Shown here: one piece after another, positions 46,004-55,991 of the stretch
How the letters are laid out: the number at the start of each line of letters is the position of its first letter
How positions within the stretch are numbered: position 1 is the stretch's first letter
DNA from: Halobacteroidaceae bacterium
GTDB taxonomy: Bacteria > Bacillota > Halanaerobiia > B1SED10-174
Direction of reading: 5' to 3'
DNA: 64,000 nt
NCBI GenBank assembly: GCA_003551665.1
Contig: PUNE01000107.1
Coordinates: 4,374-68,373, forward strand
The notes under the pieces: generated by a model
Seen by the model: only the letters and a program-made list of their open reading frames with translations
Database searches by the model: none
Told to the model about the DNA's origin: nothing
Position numbers and translations under genes: made by a program

Positions 46004-46816
46004 TTATGAATTCAGAGAAAAGCAGTGAAAGGAAAAAATTTTCTGGAAGCCAAGCTTTTGATAAACAGGCTCCCCCATGGGTGTGGCAACGAGGGTGGCT
46101 GCCTGGAAACCTGATTTTTTCCCTTCCAGCATTGCCCATCGGGTCATGGCTTTGCCTATTCCCAGCCCCCTTGCCTCGGGCAGGGTTGCAACTCCAAATA
46201 TTCCGGCAACTCCGGAATCAGGAAGCATCAGGCTGGTTCCAACTGGCTTTGCTCCTAAAAAACCAATAAATCTTTTCTGTTTTTTTACAACAGTTTCCTC
46301 CAGGAGGGTATCCACCCGGACTGCCTTTGTGATTACCTTTTCGGAAAACCCCATGGCTCTGGACATTAATTTTATCCAGAGCTTTCTATCCTCTGGAGAA
46401 GTGGCCTGTTTAATAGAAAAACGGTGAGGAATGGAAATGCCCTCATCGTTATTACCCAGTTCTGCGGCCATGGCCGGGAAAAAGCCCTCGTCTTTCCACC
46501 CTTCCCGGCTTAGATACAATGAAGTCCCGGGGGGTTGAGTATCAGGGCTTACCCACCAGATCAAGGGCAGTTTGCCGTCCCCGAATCTTTTCAAAAGCAG
46601 ATTGTAGTTCTCGTGGAATTTTTCCGGTGAAAGGCGAGACCTCATTACTCCGTTATAGGAGTAGAGGGGTATTCCGGCAATGATCCAGAAAAAATCCGGG
46701 TCAGGGTTTATTATTCCCTCGCGGTACCTGCCAAAGGAACTCCAGAAGGAAATATTATTATTATCCAGCGCCCGTTTTAAGCAGGGAGAATCCAGGGATT
46801 TTATCACTTTTTTCAT
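46004..46816 (-). CDS. GNAT-family acetyltransferase
   Basis: C-terminal GIFGVATLPEARGLGIGKAMTRWAMLEG (Q/R-x-x-G-x-G/A loop). Confidence 0.75.
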   Translation of the reverse strand: MKKVIKSLDSPCLKRALDNNNISFWSSFGRYREGIINPDPDFFWIIAGIPLYSYNGVMRSRLSPEKFHENYNLLLKRFGDGKLPLIWWVSPDTQPPGTSLYLSREGWKDEGFFPAMAAELGNNDEGISIPHRFSIKQATSPEDRKLWIKLMSRAMGFSEKVITKAVRVDTLLEETVVKKQKRFIGFLGAKPVGTSLMLPDSGVAGIFGVATLPEARGLGIGKAMTRWAMLEGKKSGFQAATLVATPMGEPVYQKLGFQKIFSFHCFSLNS

Positions 46817-47343
46817 TGGTTTTTACCCCCGTTGGATTTTTTTGATTTTACCCCTCAGGCCTTTGGTTTTGAGGAACAAATTTAATTCTAGTAAAAGAGT
46901 TTATCCAAGAGGAATTACCCATCAGCCAGTAAACCGGGATATTGTTGCCGGCAAGAGAAAAAAGATAACGGGTCCCTCTTGTTCTGGGAGCAACCCGGAG
47001 GAGAGGGGGGTGAATTTAAACCTGTTCCAGGGCTGAGAGGATGGCGAAAAAGGTTCATTACTCCAGGAGAGAAGAAAACATAAATGGGTAGATCAGGAAG
47101 GAAAAGGTTATTTCCTTAAAAGAAAAGGTGTTAAAGCAGTTGAAGGGCAATTTTCCAGTACCCTGGAGATGCTTGAGGAGTTAAAAGAGATTTGGCCAGC
47201 AGGTTTCTGGAAAAACCCTTTGCCTGATGGAACTGTTTTCTGGCGGCAGGCATATCCAGCACCACCTGTGCTATTTTAACGCCTTTTCGTGGGAAACGGG
47301 AACAGGAGTGCTACCGGGAGGGTTCGGCGGGATAGATTACGAG

Positions 47344-47372
47344 AAAACCGGAGCCAGGAACCCCGGTTTTTT
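47344..47372. terminator. Hairpin terminator downstream of the symporter gene (the T-run is actually stronger on the + strand)
   Basis: AAAACCGG-loop-CCGGTTTT. The + strand continues TTTTTTCGTCTTTCTTTT and the minus strand TTTTCTC. Confidence 0.6.
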
Positions 47373-47390
47373 CGTCTTTCTTTTATTGTT

Positions 47391-48803
47391 TTATTCATCT
47401 TCATCACAGATTACCTCGTCACCAGTAACCTCTCGTTTTTCCTCCCAGAATTCCTCGTCCTCTTTCTGCTGTTCAAAGGATTTTTTCCCCCCGACCCAGC
47501 GGTCGAGAACCAGGCTTGCAGTCAGGTCTCCGGACACGTTGAGTGCGGTCCTGCTCATGTCGAGAATCCGGTCAACTCCAAGAATTAAGGCAATGCCACT
47601 TGTGGGAATGCCCGCGCTCTGGAGAACCATTGCCAGGATAACAATTCCAACGCCCGGTGTGGCCGGCGACCCTATTGAGGCTCCCACGGCCGTTACTACA
47701 ATTAAAAGCAGGGTGGGAATTGTGAGCTCTACTCCAAAAACCTGGGCCAGGAAAACCGTTGCAGCACCCTGGTAAAGGGCTGTTCCATCCATATTAATGG
47801 TAGTTCCCAGGGGGATGAGAAACTGGGCTGTGGAAGGGCGGACCTTTAGTTTTTCTTCTGCAGTTCTGATTGTCAGAGGCATTACCGCTGCAGAACTGGA
47901 TGTGGAAAAGGCTAAAAGCTGAACTTCCCGGGCTGCTCCCATAAATTTCGCGGGACTGGTTTTCCCGATCAGGCTGGCCAGGGTGAGGTAAAAGAGCAGA
48001 AGGATTATGAGTCCCAGGAGGACGGTCCCCACGTAAACTGCCATTCCCAGCATGGCCTCCAGCCCGACTTTAATTGTAATCTGGGCTAACAGGCCAAATA
48101 CAGCAAGAGGAGCAATGACCATGGCCCAGCGGACAACAGTCATCGCAACTTCCTGGAGCGACCCCATTAGTTCCAGGAGGGGCTTGGCCTGTTTGGGGTG
48201 CATGGAAATGAGAGCCAGGCCTATAAAAACGGCGAAGAGGACTACGTGCAGCATCTGTCGTTCAACCATTGCTCCCAGGGGATTTTCGGGAAGCAGCTGG
48301 ACTACGACATCGGGGAGGCCTTCCAACCCGATTGTATCCGGGGCTTCCTCGAGGGTAACATCGGGGACTTCAACACGGGGGGCCAGGTCTGCGTCGATAA
48401 AGTTACCCGGTTGAATTAAAAAGGTAATCCCGATCCCGATTATGATTGCTACGGTGGTTGTAAAAATGAAATAACCCACGAGCCTTGTTCCAATTCGCTT
48501 GAGGTACTCGACATCCTCTCCTGAAGCAATCCCCCGGATAACTGAAGCAAAAACAAGGGGAATTACCACCATCTGGATCAATCCCAGGAAAATATTTCCC
48601 GGCATGGCCAGCCAGCTGCCAATAACTTCTGCTGTGTCGGGCTTAAACAAACCGGTTTCAGGGCTGATTATTAAACCTACAATCAGACCTAAAGCCATTC
48701 CGATTAATATTTTTACCCACAGTTTTCCCTTGATCAGCGCCTGCAAATGGCGGCTGAGATGGGCAAGTGAACGAGGATGAATTCTGGCAAGATATCTAGT
48801 CAT
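47391..48803 (-). CDS. Dicarboxylate/amino acid:cation symporter (DAACS, GltP-like)
   Basis: Polytopic protein with AFSTSSSAA and the NMDGTALYQG signature. Start moved to ATG 48803 (GGAGG SD). It has an acidic C-terminal tail. Confidence 0.88.
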   Translation of the reverse strand: MTRYLARIHPRSLAHLSRHLQALIKGKLWVKILIGMALGLIVGLIISPETGLFKPDTAEVIGSWLAMPGNIFLGLIQMVVIPLVFASVIRGIASGEDVEYLKRIGTRLVGYFIFTTTVAIIIGIGITFLIQPGNFIDADLAPRVEVPDVTLEEAPDTIGLEGLPDVVVQLLPENPLGAMVERQMLHVVLFAVFIGLALISMHPKQAKPLLELMGSLQEVAMTVVRWAMVIAPLAVFGLLAQITIKVGLEAMLGMAVYVGTVLLGLIILLLFYLTLASLIGKTSPAKFMGAAREVQLLAFSTSSSAAVMPLTIRTAEEKLKVRPSTAQFLIPLGTTINMDGTALYQGAATVFLAQVFGVELTIPTLLLIVVTAVGASIGSPATPGVGIVILAMVLQSAGIPTSGIALILGVDRILDMSRTALNVSGDLTASLVLDRWVGGKKSFEQQKEDEEFWEEKREVTGDEVICDEDE

Positions 48804-48960
48804 ATTAACCTCCAGACTTGGTTTTTTTGTTACTAACACGAAAACGTTTTTGGAATAATCGTGTTAAAAAAGGATTTATAGAAAAATAAAAACTTCTGCA
48901 GGAAAGCTTCCCTGATGATTAAAAAATGGAAAAAGGAAAGAGGAAATAGGCGTTTTGGGA

Positions 48961-50442
48961 TCAGGAGTTTTGGAAATTAAACTTGAATTCAGATTTACCA
49001 AGGTACTGGCATGGGAGAACTTCTTTTCCCCCAACAGATAGTTTTACATGCTTCCTTGCTACTTCCAGCGTATAATAAGGGTTTTCCTTTCCAGTCAGGC
49101 GATCCTCAACTATCAACCGGATCCAAAAGTTTTCTCCCAGGTCGTTTATCGCAAAAACCTGGAGGAAACGCTTAACCTTATCCCGGAAAAAAATTTCCGG
49201 ATTGAGGTGAGCAGGGTCGCCCTCGGCAAAAATAAATTTAATTTCAAACCATTTTCCCTTTAAATCCAGTTCAGTTCTGCAGAACTGCTCGACAAATTTT
49301 CGCTTATGGTCGGCCCGGCTGATTCGAGAAAACTCCTCCAGTTCATCAACAAAGGTTAAAAAGGCCTGGGGGGAATCTATATTTCTTATAGTATACAGGG
49401 AAGAAGAATGAGCAACAATAGCGGCCATAATCATGAGCTTGCTAAAAAGGCTTGAGGGTTGGTCCAGGAACTGAGGCTCAGGGGAATCATAAAAAAGGTG
49501 AGTGGCAGAGGTAAAAGCAGGAAGAAGTTTTGTTAAAAGGTAAACGCTCATGAAGCCATGCTGGTAGGCTTCAACTTCCTTGAGCATTCCCAGAAAACCC
49601 AGGCGATTGGTTTTTATTTGAAATACAGGGTTATAGGCTTCCCCCATTTTTTTCCGGGTTTTTCGTGGTAATTGCTCCATTATTTCGATTCCTTCCCGGG
49701 AGAAAGGATCTTCGATCCCCTGTTCCTGGCAAAAGGCCAAAAAATCCTCCTGGGACGAAGGGTTTGCCCTGATATCGCTGGAGATTATCCTGGCCAGTTC
49801 GTTCAGGTATCCCTGCTGTAAAGGGAGATAAGCGAAACTGAATTCCTGGTGGTGGGTAATGGAAAAGTGGGGGAGGATTTTACCCAGGGCCCGGTTTATT
49901 TTATCCACTTTTTTGATGGGATACCCCAGGTCGTGGGAAAGAGCTGCCACACAGCGGATTGAAGGCTCGAACCTATCTTCATATGGTATGCTGCATTCAA
50001 TTAAATCCATTGCTTTTTTTCTTAATTGGTCTGGGTAAAAAGACATTTCCAGCCCAGTAAAAATCTTAGAAAATTGAGGGTCCATGCAAAGGTACTCCCC
50101 AAGGAAATATACCCAGAGGGAATGCAGGGTGTGGTCACGGTAAAAAGGATCAGACGCAAACATTAATTCTTCGAACTCCACATAGTCATCCAGCATGGCA
50201 AAAAGATTGTCATAACCCCTACGATCGGGGTCAATATAGCTCATTGCATGTTCAAAGAGAATTTTCCAGATCTTTTTGCCCGTGATGAGTTTTTGATGGT
50301 GATCATCCGTTTCAGCAAGTTCATCCAGGAGTTCTAGAAGGTTCTTTTTTTCACTGTCCCGCCCCTTTAAAAATTCGATCCCATCGGTTTCCAGGGATTT
50401 CTGGAAACTTTGAATCACAATTTTCTCGCTGATTTCAGACAT
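48961..50442 (-). CDS. Large HD-domain-like protein, function unknown
   Basis: 493 aa. YRDHTLHSLWVY and AALSHDLGYP give an H..HD metal-binding pattern of HD phosphohydrolases. I could not assign the C-terminal ~250 aa. No obvious SD. Confidence 0.65.
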   Translation of the reverse strand: MSEISEKIVIQSFQKSLETDGIEFLKGRDSEKKNLLELLDELAETDDHHQKLITGKKIWKILFEHAMSYIDPDRRGYDNLFAMLDDYVEFEELMFASDPFYRDHTLHSLWVYFLGEYLCMDPQFSKIFTGLEMSFYPDQLRKKAMDLIECSIPYEDRFEPSIRCVAALSHDLGYPIKKVDKINRALGKILPHFSITHHQEFSFAYLPLQQGYLNELARIISSDIRANPSSQEDFLAFCQEQGIEDPFSREGIEIMEQLPRKTRKKMGEAYNPVFQIKTNRLGFLGMLKEVEAYQHGFMSVYLLTKLLPAFTSATHLFYDSPEPQFLDQPSSLFSKLMIMAAIVAHSSSLYTIRNIDSPQAFLTFVDELEEFSRISRADHKRKFVEQFCRTELDLKGKWFEIKFIFAEGDPAHLNPEIFFRDKVKRFLQVFAINDLGENFWIRLIVEDRLTGKENPYYTLEVARKHVKLSVGGKEVLPCQYLGKSEFKFNFQNS

Positions 50443-50702
50443 AACTTTGCGTTACAAGCAGGATAATACATTGAAAAAAAGTTTTCTTCGGTTAAAACAA
50501 TTTATCCTGTAACGCTAACCACCTCCCGAAATTATTTTTAGTTAAATAATTCACCAGGAAATCAAATTTTCCTTGAGGTTTTGGGTTAATCCTGAAAATC
50601 TCGGTAAAACCAGAAGGGTCCCGGCGAAACGAGGAAAAGGGTAATCCGAGAAATTGAAGAAAAAAAGAATATTGTCCAGAATATAATGGAAAGGGGGCCA
50701 AA

Positions 50703-51572
50703 ATGAAATACAGAGAGATATGCGCTAATAAAGCCTTGCATCCCCTGCAGCGCAAAGGACTTCCCTACAGGTTTGATCTGAATATTTACCGGGGTTGTTC
50801 CCATGGCTGTCAGTACTGTTATGGGCCAGGCAAAAAACACCCTGCAGGAGCAGGGGGTTTTTCACGGGAAGGGTTTGTAAAGACGAATATCGCCGAAGTC
50901 CTGGAAAAAGAATTGAGGGCACCCGGCTGGAAAGGTGATATTATTAATATTGGCGGGGTCTGTGATAGTTATCAGGAGGGAGAAAAAAAATACGGTTTGA
51001 TGCGGGGGATTCTGGAAGTGATGATAGAGTATAAAAACCCCGTAATAATCAGCACGAAATCAGACCTCATCCTGCGGGACCTGGATTTAATCCATGAACT
51101 GGGAAAAAGAACCTATGTAAACATTGCTTTGTGCATAACCACCGGGGCTTCTGAACTGTCCAAAAGGGTGGAACCCGGTGCGGCAGCCCCCATTGACCGG
51201 TTTCATGCTCTTAAAGAGACGGGAAAAACAGCGGCCCATACGGGATTCCACTTTATGCCCATTATCCCTTTCCTTGCTGATGATAAAGAAAACCTGGAAA
51301 AGATGGTCAAATGGGCTGCCGAGGCCCGGGTGGATTACATGTTAACCGGAATGCTCTACCTTACGGGAGGCATCAGGCGCAGGTTCTTAACATTTATAGA
51401 AGAAAATTTTCCAGACCTTGGGGAAAAATTTATTAGCCTTTACCCCCGGGGAGGGGCCGATAAGGGGTATAAGGCAGAGGTCCACGGTTTCCTGGCAGAA
51501 ATGCGAAAAAAATACGGGGTTAGCAATAACTATGCTCGCCTCTTGCCCGGGAAAAATAAGGGAAAAATTTGA
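50703..51572 (+). CDS. Radical SAM protein, SplB-like (COG1533)
   Basis: NIYRGCSHGCQYCYG (CX3CX2C). 289 aa. AAAGGGGG SD. Confidence 0.8.
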   Translation: MKYREICANKALHPLQRKGLPYRFDLNIYRGCSHGCQYCYGPGKKHPAGAGGFSREGFVKTNIAEVLEKELRAPGWKGDIINIGGVCDSYQEGEKKYGLMRGILEVMIEYKNPVIISTKSDLILRDLDLIHELGKRTYVNIALCITTGASELSKRVEPGAAAPIDRFHALKETGKTAAHTGFHFMPIIPFLADDKENLEKMVKWAAEARVDYMLTGMLYLTGGIRRRFLTFIEENFPDLGEKFISLYPRGGADKGYKAEVHGFLAEMRKKYGVSNNYARLLPGKNKGKI

Positions 51573-51655
51573 TTTTTTTATGAGTTGCCTGAGGGACGTA
51601 GAAACGAGCTAAGACCTAAAAAAGGTTGGAATAATAAAAAAAGCCCGGAGTTATA

Positions 51656-51684
51656 TTGACAGAGGGAAGAGTAAGTATTATAAT
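51656..51684 (+). promoter_or_regulatory. Consensus sigma-70-type promoter of the TetR gene
   Basis: TTGACA (51656-51661), a 17-nt spacer, then TATAAT (51679-51684). Confidence 0.65.
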
Positions 51685-51688
51685 TGAG

Positions 51689-51705
51689 ATACCGACGGTC
51701 GGTAT
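51689..51705. promoter_or_regulatory. 17-bp palindromic operator copy 1 (ATACCGAC-G-GTCGGTAT)
   Basis: Perfect 8-1-8 inverted repeat, 4 nt after the -10 and 12 nt before the TetR ATG. Two more copies are in the locus. Confidence 0.65.
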
Positions 51706-51717
51706 GGAGGTGAGAGA

Positions 51718-52407
51718 ATGGAACCCACTGAAGCTGCAAGAAATACAAGGCAGGAGTTTTTGCAGGCTGCTCTGGATCTTTTCAATAAAAAAGGATATGA
51801 CAGGACCACCATAAAAGACATAATTGATGCTGTTGGCGTATCTAAAGGGGCTTTTTACCACTATTTTGACTGCAAAGAAGACATAGTAACTGCTATTGCC
51901 CGGGAATACTCCAGCAGGGCAATCGGGATAATAAAGGAGGTTGCTCAAAGGGAGGATCTGAATGCCCTGGAGAAAATCAACCTTGTTTTCCAGTTAGTCA
52001 ATCAGTTTAAACAAGAACGTTCTCACCAGAGGGAAAGAATAAAGGGAGTATTTGCTGAGGATGGAAACCTGAAAATGGAGCGGAAACTATTCAATCAGTT
52101 GAAAAGTCAGGCGTTGAGATATTTTGAGGAGATAGTTGAAGGTGGAATTAAAGAAGGGCTCTTTACAAAAACCAATCAAAAGGAAATGGCGGAATTTCTC
52201 CTGCTTACAATCAATAACCTGAACAGGTCCATTGAAGACCTGACCAGGGAAATGACGAAAGAGGGGGAGGAATATAGTTCTCAAGAATTGGCAAGGGCCC
52301 TGGAAGAGAGGCTGGGTTTTTACGAGGAGGCTTTTGCAAGGATTCTGGGGTTAAAAGAGGGAGAAATTCATTTAAAGGAATCCTACATGGAAAGATTCCT
52401 CTCCTGA
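51718..52407 (+). CDS. TetR/AcrR family transcriptional regulator
   Basis: HTH TTIKDIIDAVGVSKGAFYHYF. 229 aa. Confidence 0.9.
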   Translation: MEPTEAARNTRQEFLQAALDLFNKKGYDRTTIKDIIDAVGVSKGAFYHYFDCKEDIVTAIAREYSSRAIGIIKEVAQREDLNALEKINLVFQLVNQFKQERSHQRERIKGVFAEDGNLKMERKLFNQLKSQALRYFEEIVEGGIKEGLFTKTNQKEMAEFLLLTINNLNRSIEDLTREMTKEGEEYSSQELARALEERLGFYEEAFARILGLKEGEIHLKESYMERFLS

Positions 52408-52430
52408 AGAGGAAAATTTCTCACTCCAGC

Positions 52431-52447
52431 ATACCGACGGTTGGTAT
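52431..52447. promoter_or_regulatory. 17-bp palindromic operator copy 2 (ATACCGACGGTTGGTAT, one mismatch)
   Basis: It lies in the 66-nt gap between the TetR stop and the 874-aa gene, and overlaps a TGGTATGAA extended -10-like element. Confidence 0.6.
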
Positions 52448-52473
52448 GAAAGAATTTAGGCCGAAAAGGAAAG

Positions 52474-55098
52474 GTGATTCTGGTGAAACTTGTTGAAAAA
52501 CTGGAGAAAATCGGAGAAGGGGATTTAAATATAGCGGGCGGTAAGGCAGCCAACCTGGGGGCGATGGTCCGGGCAGGGCTTCCTGTACCGGAAGGTTTTG
52601 TGGTGTTTACCAGGGCCTATTATGAATTCATGGAGGCCAATAACCTGATAGAGAGAACCCAGGGCCTTTTGGAAGGGACTAAACGGAATGAAAAATTCGT
52701 TCTTGAAGAAATATCCCGGGAGATTAAAACCCTTTTAGAAGGCGGTGAGTTTCCTGAAAAATTGCGGAAAGAGATAGAAGGTTACTACCGGGAACTGGGT
52801 TCAACTGCTGTAGCGGTAAGGTCTTCCGCTACAGCGGAGGACCTCGGGGATAGTTCCTTTGCAGGTCAGTATGATTCCTTTTTAAATGTTACTTCTTTCC
52901 CGGATCTCCTTAATTATATTAAACTCTGCTGGGCTTCCCTGTGGAGTGAAAGGGCAATTGCCTACAGGGTTAAAACTGGAGTTATTGAGGATGAACTGGC
53001 TCCAGGGGTTATTGTCCAGGACCTGGTTGACGGGGAAAAATCGGGAATTCTTTTTTCGGCCAACCCCGTGAACGGAAGGCGAGATCAGATGCTTTTGAAC
53101 TCTTCCTGGGGCCTTGGCGAAGCAATTGTTAACGGTGAGGTTAGTCCCGATCAGTGGATTCTGGAAAAGCCTGAGGGGACAATATCCCGGGAAGAAATCC
53201 AGGAGAAAGACCTTATGAGTATCCGGACAGATGGAGGGATAGGGGTTGTCCCCGTTCATTCAGATAAACAGGGACAGCCTTCCTTAAGTAAAGAGGAAAT
53301 TGCGGAACTATTTGACCTGGGAAAAAAAGTTGAAGATTATTTTAGGGCACCTCAGGATATTGAATGGACCTGTAAAAGGGGGAAATTTTACCTGGTCCAG
53401 TCCCGTCCAATCACCTCCCTGTATCCTGTCCCCCCAACACCAGAAGATAAAAAGGGGCTCCGGGTTCACATCAATTTCAGCCTGGTTTCCCAGGGAATGC
53501 AGGAGCCACTAACTCCAATAGGGGAAAGTGCTTTGAAAAGAATGTTTTTATATCCCGCAAGGATGTTCAATAAAGATATCCAGAACGAGGAAGATCTCTG
53601 GTGGTTTGCGCCGGCGGGCGGGCGCATGTATCTGGACATGACCGATGCCCTCCGGAATGAAAAACGCTGGAAGGATATAATAAACAATGAACTATTTTCG
53701 GACCAGGAACCGATTACTGCCAGGGCTTTAATACAGGTCCTGGAAAGGAATAAAGAAGAGTTAACCGGGGAAAAAAGCAGAATGTTTTCCTGGATTCTGC
53801 GGAACATTATTCCTTTATTAAAAATTTTGACTCCCATGGCAAAAAAGGCGCTTTACGGGAAACTTTCCCAGGAAAAGGCCAGGAAAAAAGCCCTGCAGGA
53901 ATGGGATGAATGGCCTGGAAAAATTGAAAAACAGTGGAAAAAGGCAAAAAATATGGAAGAAAAACTGGATATAATTGATTTAAGCAAGTATACTGTGGAA
54001 GGGTTTGGTATCCTTTCATATCTTGCTCCAGTCATGCAGAACGTGGAAAAGGCCCGAAAGATGGCCGGGCCCTACCTGGAAGACGCATCAGAATTTGACC
54101 TTGTCGTGCAGGCCCTTCCCCATAATATTACTACAGAAATGGGCCTTGAGCTGATGCGGATAGCAGAAAAGCTGGATAATGAAGGGAGGCAACCCTCTCT
54201 TGAAGACAGGGAAATCCAGGATTTTCTGGCCCGTTATGGGACCCGTTCCAACCAGGAAATTGACCTGGGTATCCCCCAGTGGAAAGAGGAACCAGAATAC
54301 ATTCTTGAACTGGTCCAGTCCTATATTGATAACCAGAGCTATAGCAAGGGTTTAGATAATTTTGCCAGGGGAGAAAGGGAAGCAGAGCAGGCCATTGAGA
54401 ATATTACCGGCAAACTGGAAAAAGCCGGTCAGTTGAAAAAGGCAAGGAAAGTTGAGAGGTTGCTTCGAGACTACCGACGGCTTTTTGGACTGCGGGAGCA
54501 ATCCAAGTTTATTTTAACCAGGATCCACTCCATTTTCCGGGATATTCTCAAGGAAATCGGAGAGGAACTGGTCAGTAGAGGAAAGCTGGATGATATGATG
54601 GACGTATTCTTCCTGCGTCTCGGGGAAATTAAGGAAGGCCAAAACCTTAAAGCTCTCGTGCAAAAGAACAGGGAGGAGTACAAAAAGAATCTGGCGCTTA
54701 CCGCCCCCAGGATTATTCTCAGCACAGGGGAAAGCATTTTCTATCCCGAAGAGGATGGAGATGGAGCAATAAAGGGAATTCCAGTATCGGCAGGTGTTTG
54801 CGAAGGCCCGGTGAGAGTTTTGAGCTCCCCCGAAGAGGGTTCAAAACTGAAGAAAGGGGATATCCTGGTAACCAGGGGAACCAATCCCGCCTGGACACCA
54901 CTTTTTATCAATGCTGGAGCCCTTATTATGGAAACCGGGGGGCCGATTTCCCACGGTTCGGTGGTAGCCCGGGAATATGGAGTTCCTGCAGTTGTGGGAA
55001 TTAAAGACGCAACAACCAGGTTTCAGGATGGACAGGTGGTCAGAGTAAATGGTGAAACAGGAGCAGTAGAAATCATGAAAGAGGGAGTGAGTGAGTAA
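52474..55098 (+). CDS. PEP-utilising phosphotransferase with rifampicin-phosphotransferase (RPH)-like architecture
   Basis: N-terminal PPDK_N ATP-grasp (GGKAANLG, VAVRSSATAEDL..SFAGQ). The swivel phospho-His domain sits at the extreme C-terminus (TNPAWTPLF..METGGPISHGSVVAREYGVPAV). There is no PEP/pyruvate TIM-barrel, so this is not a true PpsA. Confidence 0.8.
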   Translation: MILVKLVEKLEKIGEGDLNIAGGKAANLGAMVRAGLPVPEGFVVFTRAYYEFMEANNLIERTQGLLEGTKRNEKFVLEEISREIKTLLEGGEFPEKLRKEIEGYYRELGSTAVAVRSSATAEDLGDSSFAGQYDSFLNVTSFPDLLNYIKLCWASLWSERAIAYRVKTGVIEDELAPGVIVQDLVDGEKSGILFSANPVNGRRDQMLLNSSWGLGEAIVNGEVSPDQWILEKPEGTISREEIQEKDLMSIRTDGGIGVVPVHSDKQGQPSLSKEEIAELFDLGKKVEDYFRAPQDIEWTCKRGKFYLVQSRPITSLYPVPPTPEDKKGLRVHINFSLVSQGMQEPLTPIGESALKRMFLYPARMFNKDIQNEEDLWWFAPAGGRMYLDMTDALRNEKRWKDIINNELFSDQEPITARALIQVLERNKEELTGEKSRMFSWILRNIIPLLKILTPMAKKALYGKLSQEKARKKALQEWDEWPGKIEKQWKKAKNMEEKLDIIDLSKYTVEGFGILSYLAPVMQNVEKARKMAGPYLEDASEFDLVVQALPHNITTEMGLELMRIAEKLDNEGRQPSLEDREIQDFLARYGTRSNQEIDLGIPQWKEEPEYILELVQSYIDNQSYSKGLDNFARGEREAEQAIENITGKLEKAGQLKKARKVERLLRDYRRLFGLREQSKFILTRIHSIFRDILKEIGEELVSRGKLDDMMDVFFLRLGEIKEGQNLKALVQKNREEYKKNLALTAPRIILSTGESIFYPEEDGDGAIKGIPVSAGVCEGPVRVLSSPEEGSKLKKGDILVTRGTNPAWTPLFINAGALIMETGGPISHGSVVAREYGVPAVVGIKDATTRFQDGQVVRVNGETGAVEIMKEGVSE

Positions 55099-55888
55099 AG
55101 TGTATCTAAAAAACAGGATTGGAAAAATTTATTACGAGGTATTCGGGCCGGAGAACGCCCCTGCCATTATCTTCTCCCACGGGGTCAATATGAACCACGA
55201 AACCTTTCGGGCCCAGGTGGAAGACCTGAAAGAAAACTACAGGGTTATTATCTGGGATATGCCCTATCACGGGAAGTCTGAACCCATTGATAACAGGCTG
55301 TCTTTTGCGGAAAGTGCAGCTGATTTTATCAGGGATATTCTGAATCACCTGGGAGTGGAAAAAGCCGTTCTGGCCGGGCTTTCCCTGGGGAGTTATGTTA
55401 CCCAGATTGCAGCCCATAAATACCCGGAAAGGACTCAGGCCACTATCCATATTGGGGGTGGTCCCCTTCATCCACCAATTTCCCCCATAATCAAACTGGC
55501 AAATCCTTTAATTGGTTTGTTTATTAAACTATATCCCAGCAGGAGTATTTTTAAGGCTTTTGCCAGCCACCGCACCCTAAAGGAAGAAACACAGTCCTAC
55601 ATGGAAAGGGTTGCCGCGGAGAATGGGAAAAAAGTAATGGCCCATTTAACCCAGGAAATGTTAAGAGAAATGACCAGGGGGCTCCCAGAGCATACCTCTG
55701 AGCCCAAGCTTTTGTGCCACGGGGACCACGAGACTTCCTTCGTCCAGAAACAGATGAAACGCTGGCATAATGAGGATCCGACTACAAGGCTGGAGGTCAT
55801 AAATGATGCTCACCATATTGCCAACCAGGATAACCCGGAAGGAACGAACAATGTGATCAGGGATTTCCTGGGTAATATCTGGGATTAG
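55091..55888 (+). CDS. Alpha/beta-fold hydrolase
   Basis: HG oxyanion region (FSHGVN), nucleophile elbow GLSLGS and a C-terminal DAHH. The start overlaps the upstream stop by 8 nt. Confidence 0.85.
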   Translation: MSKVYLKNRIGKIYYEVFGPENAPAIIFSHGVNMNHETFRAQVEDLKENYRVIIWDMPYHGKSEPIDNRLSFAESAADFIRDILNHLGVEKAVLAGLSLGSYVTQIAAHKYPERTQATIHIGGGPLHPPISPIIKLANPLIGLFIKLYPSRSIFKAFASHRTLKEETQSYMERVAAENGKKVMAHLTQEMLREMTRGLPEHTSEPKLLCHGDHETSFVQKQMKRWHNEDPTTRLEVINDAHHIANQDNPEGTNNVIRDFLGNIWD

Positions 55889-55957
55889 CCCCGGGGAATT
55901 TCGGGGGATAGTTATCATCTTTTTCCCTCAGGGGAGGGAAAGTTTTTTGGGCCTGGC

Positions 55958-55974
55958 ATACCGACGGTCGGTAT
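55958..55974. promoter_or_regulatory. 17-bp palindromic operator copy 3 (ATACCGAC-G-GTCGGTAT)
   Basis: Perfect copy, 17 nt before the MFS ATG at 55992. Confidence 0.65.
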
Positions 55975-55991
55975 TGAGGAGGGATATAGCA

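Noticed and set aside
45828-46139. Small ORFs (66, 65 and 95 aa) in the convergent spacer between the QueG-like and GNAT genes.
   Set aside because: There is no SD, they overlap the GNAT 3' end, and nothing is recognisable.
47013-47279. An in-frame TGA (47034-47036) joining an SD-preceded GTG mini-ORF to an 81-codon open frame, raising the question of selenocysteine or programmed read-through.
   Set aside because: I could not fold a SECIS-like hairpin right after the UGA. There is no Cys or redox motif around the site, and the upstream part is only 8 codons.
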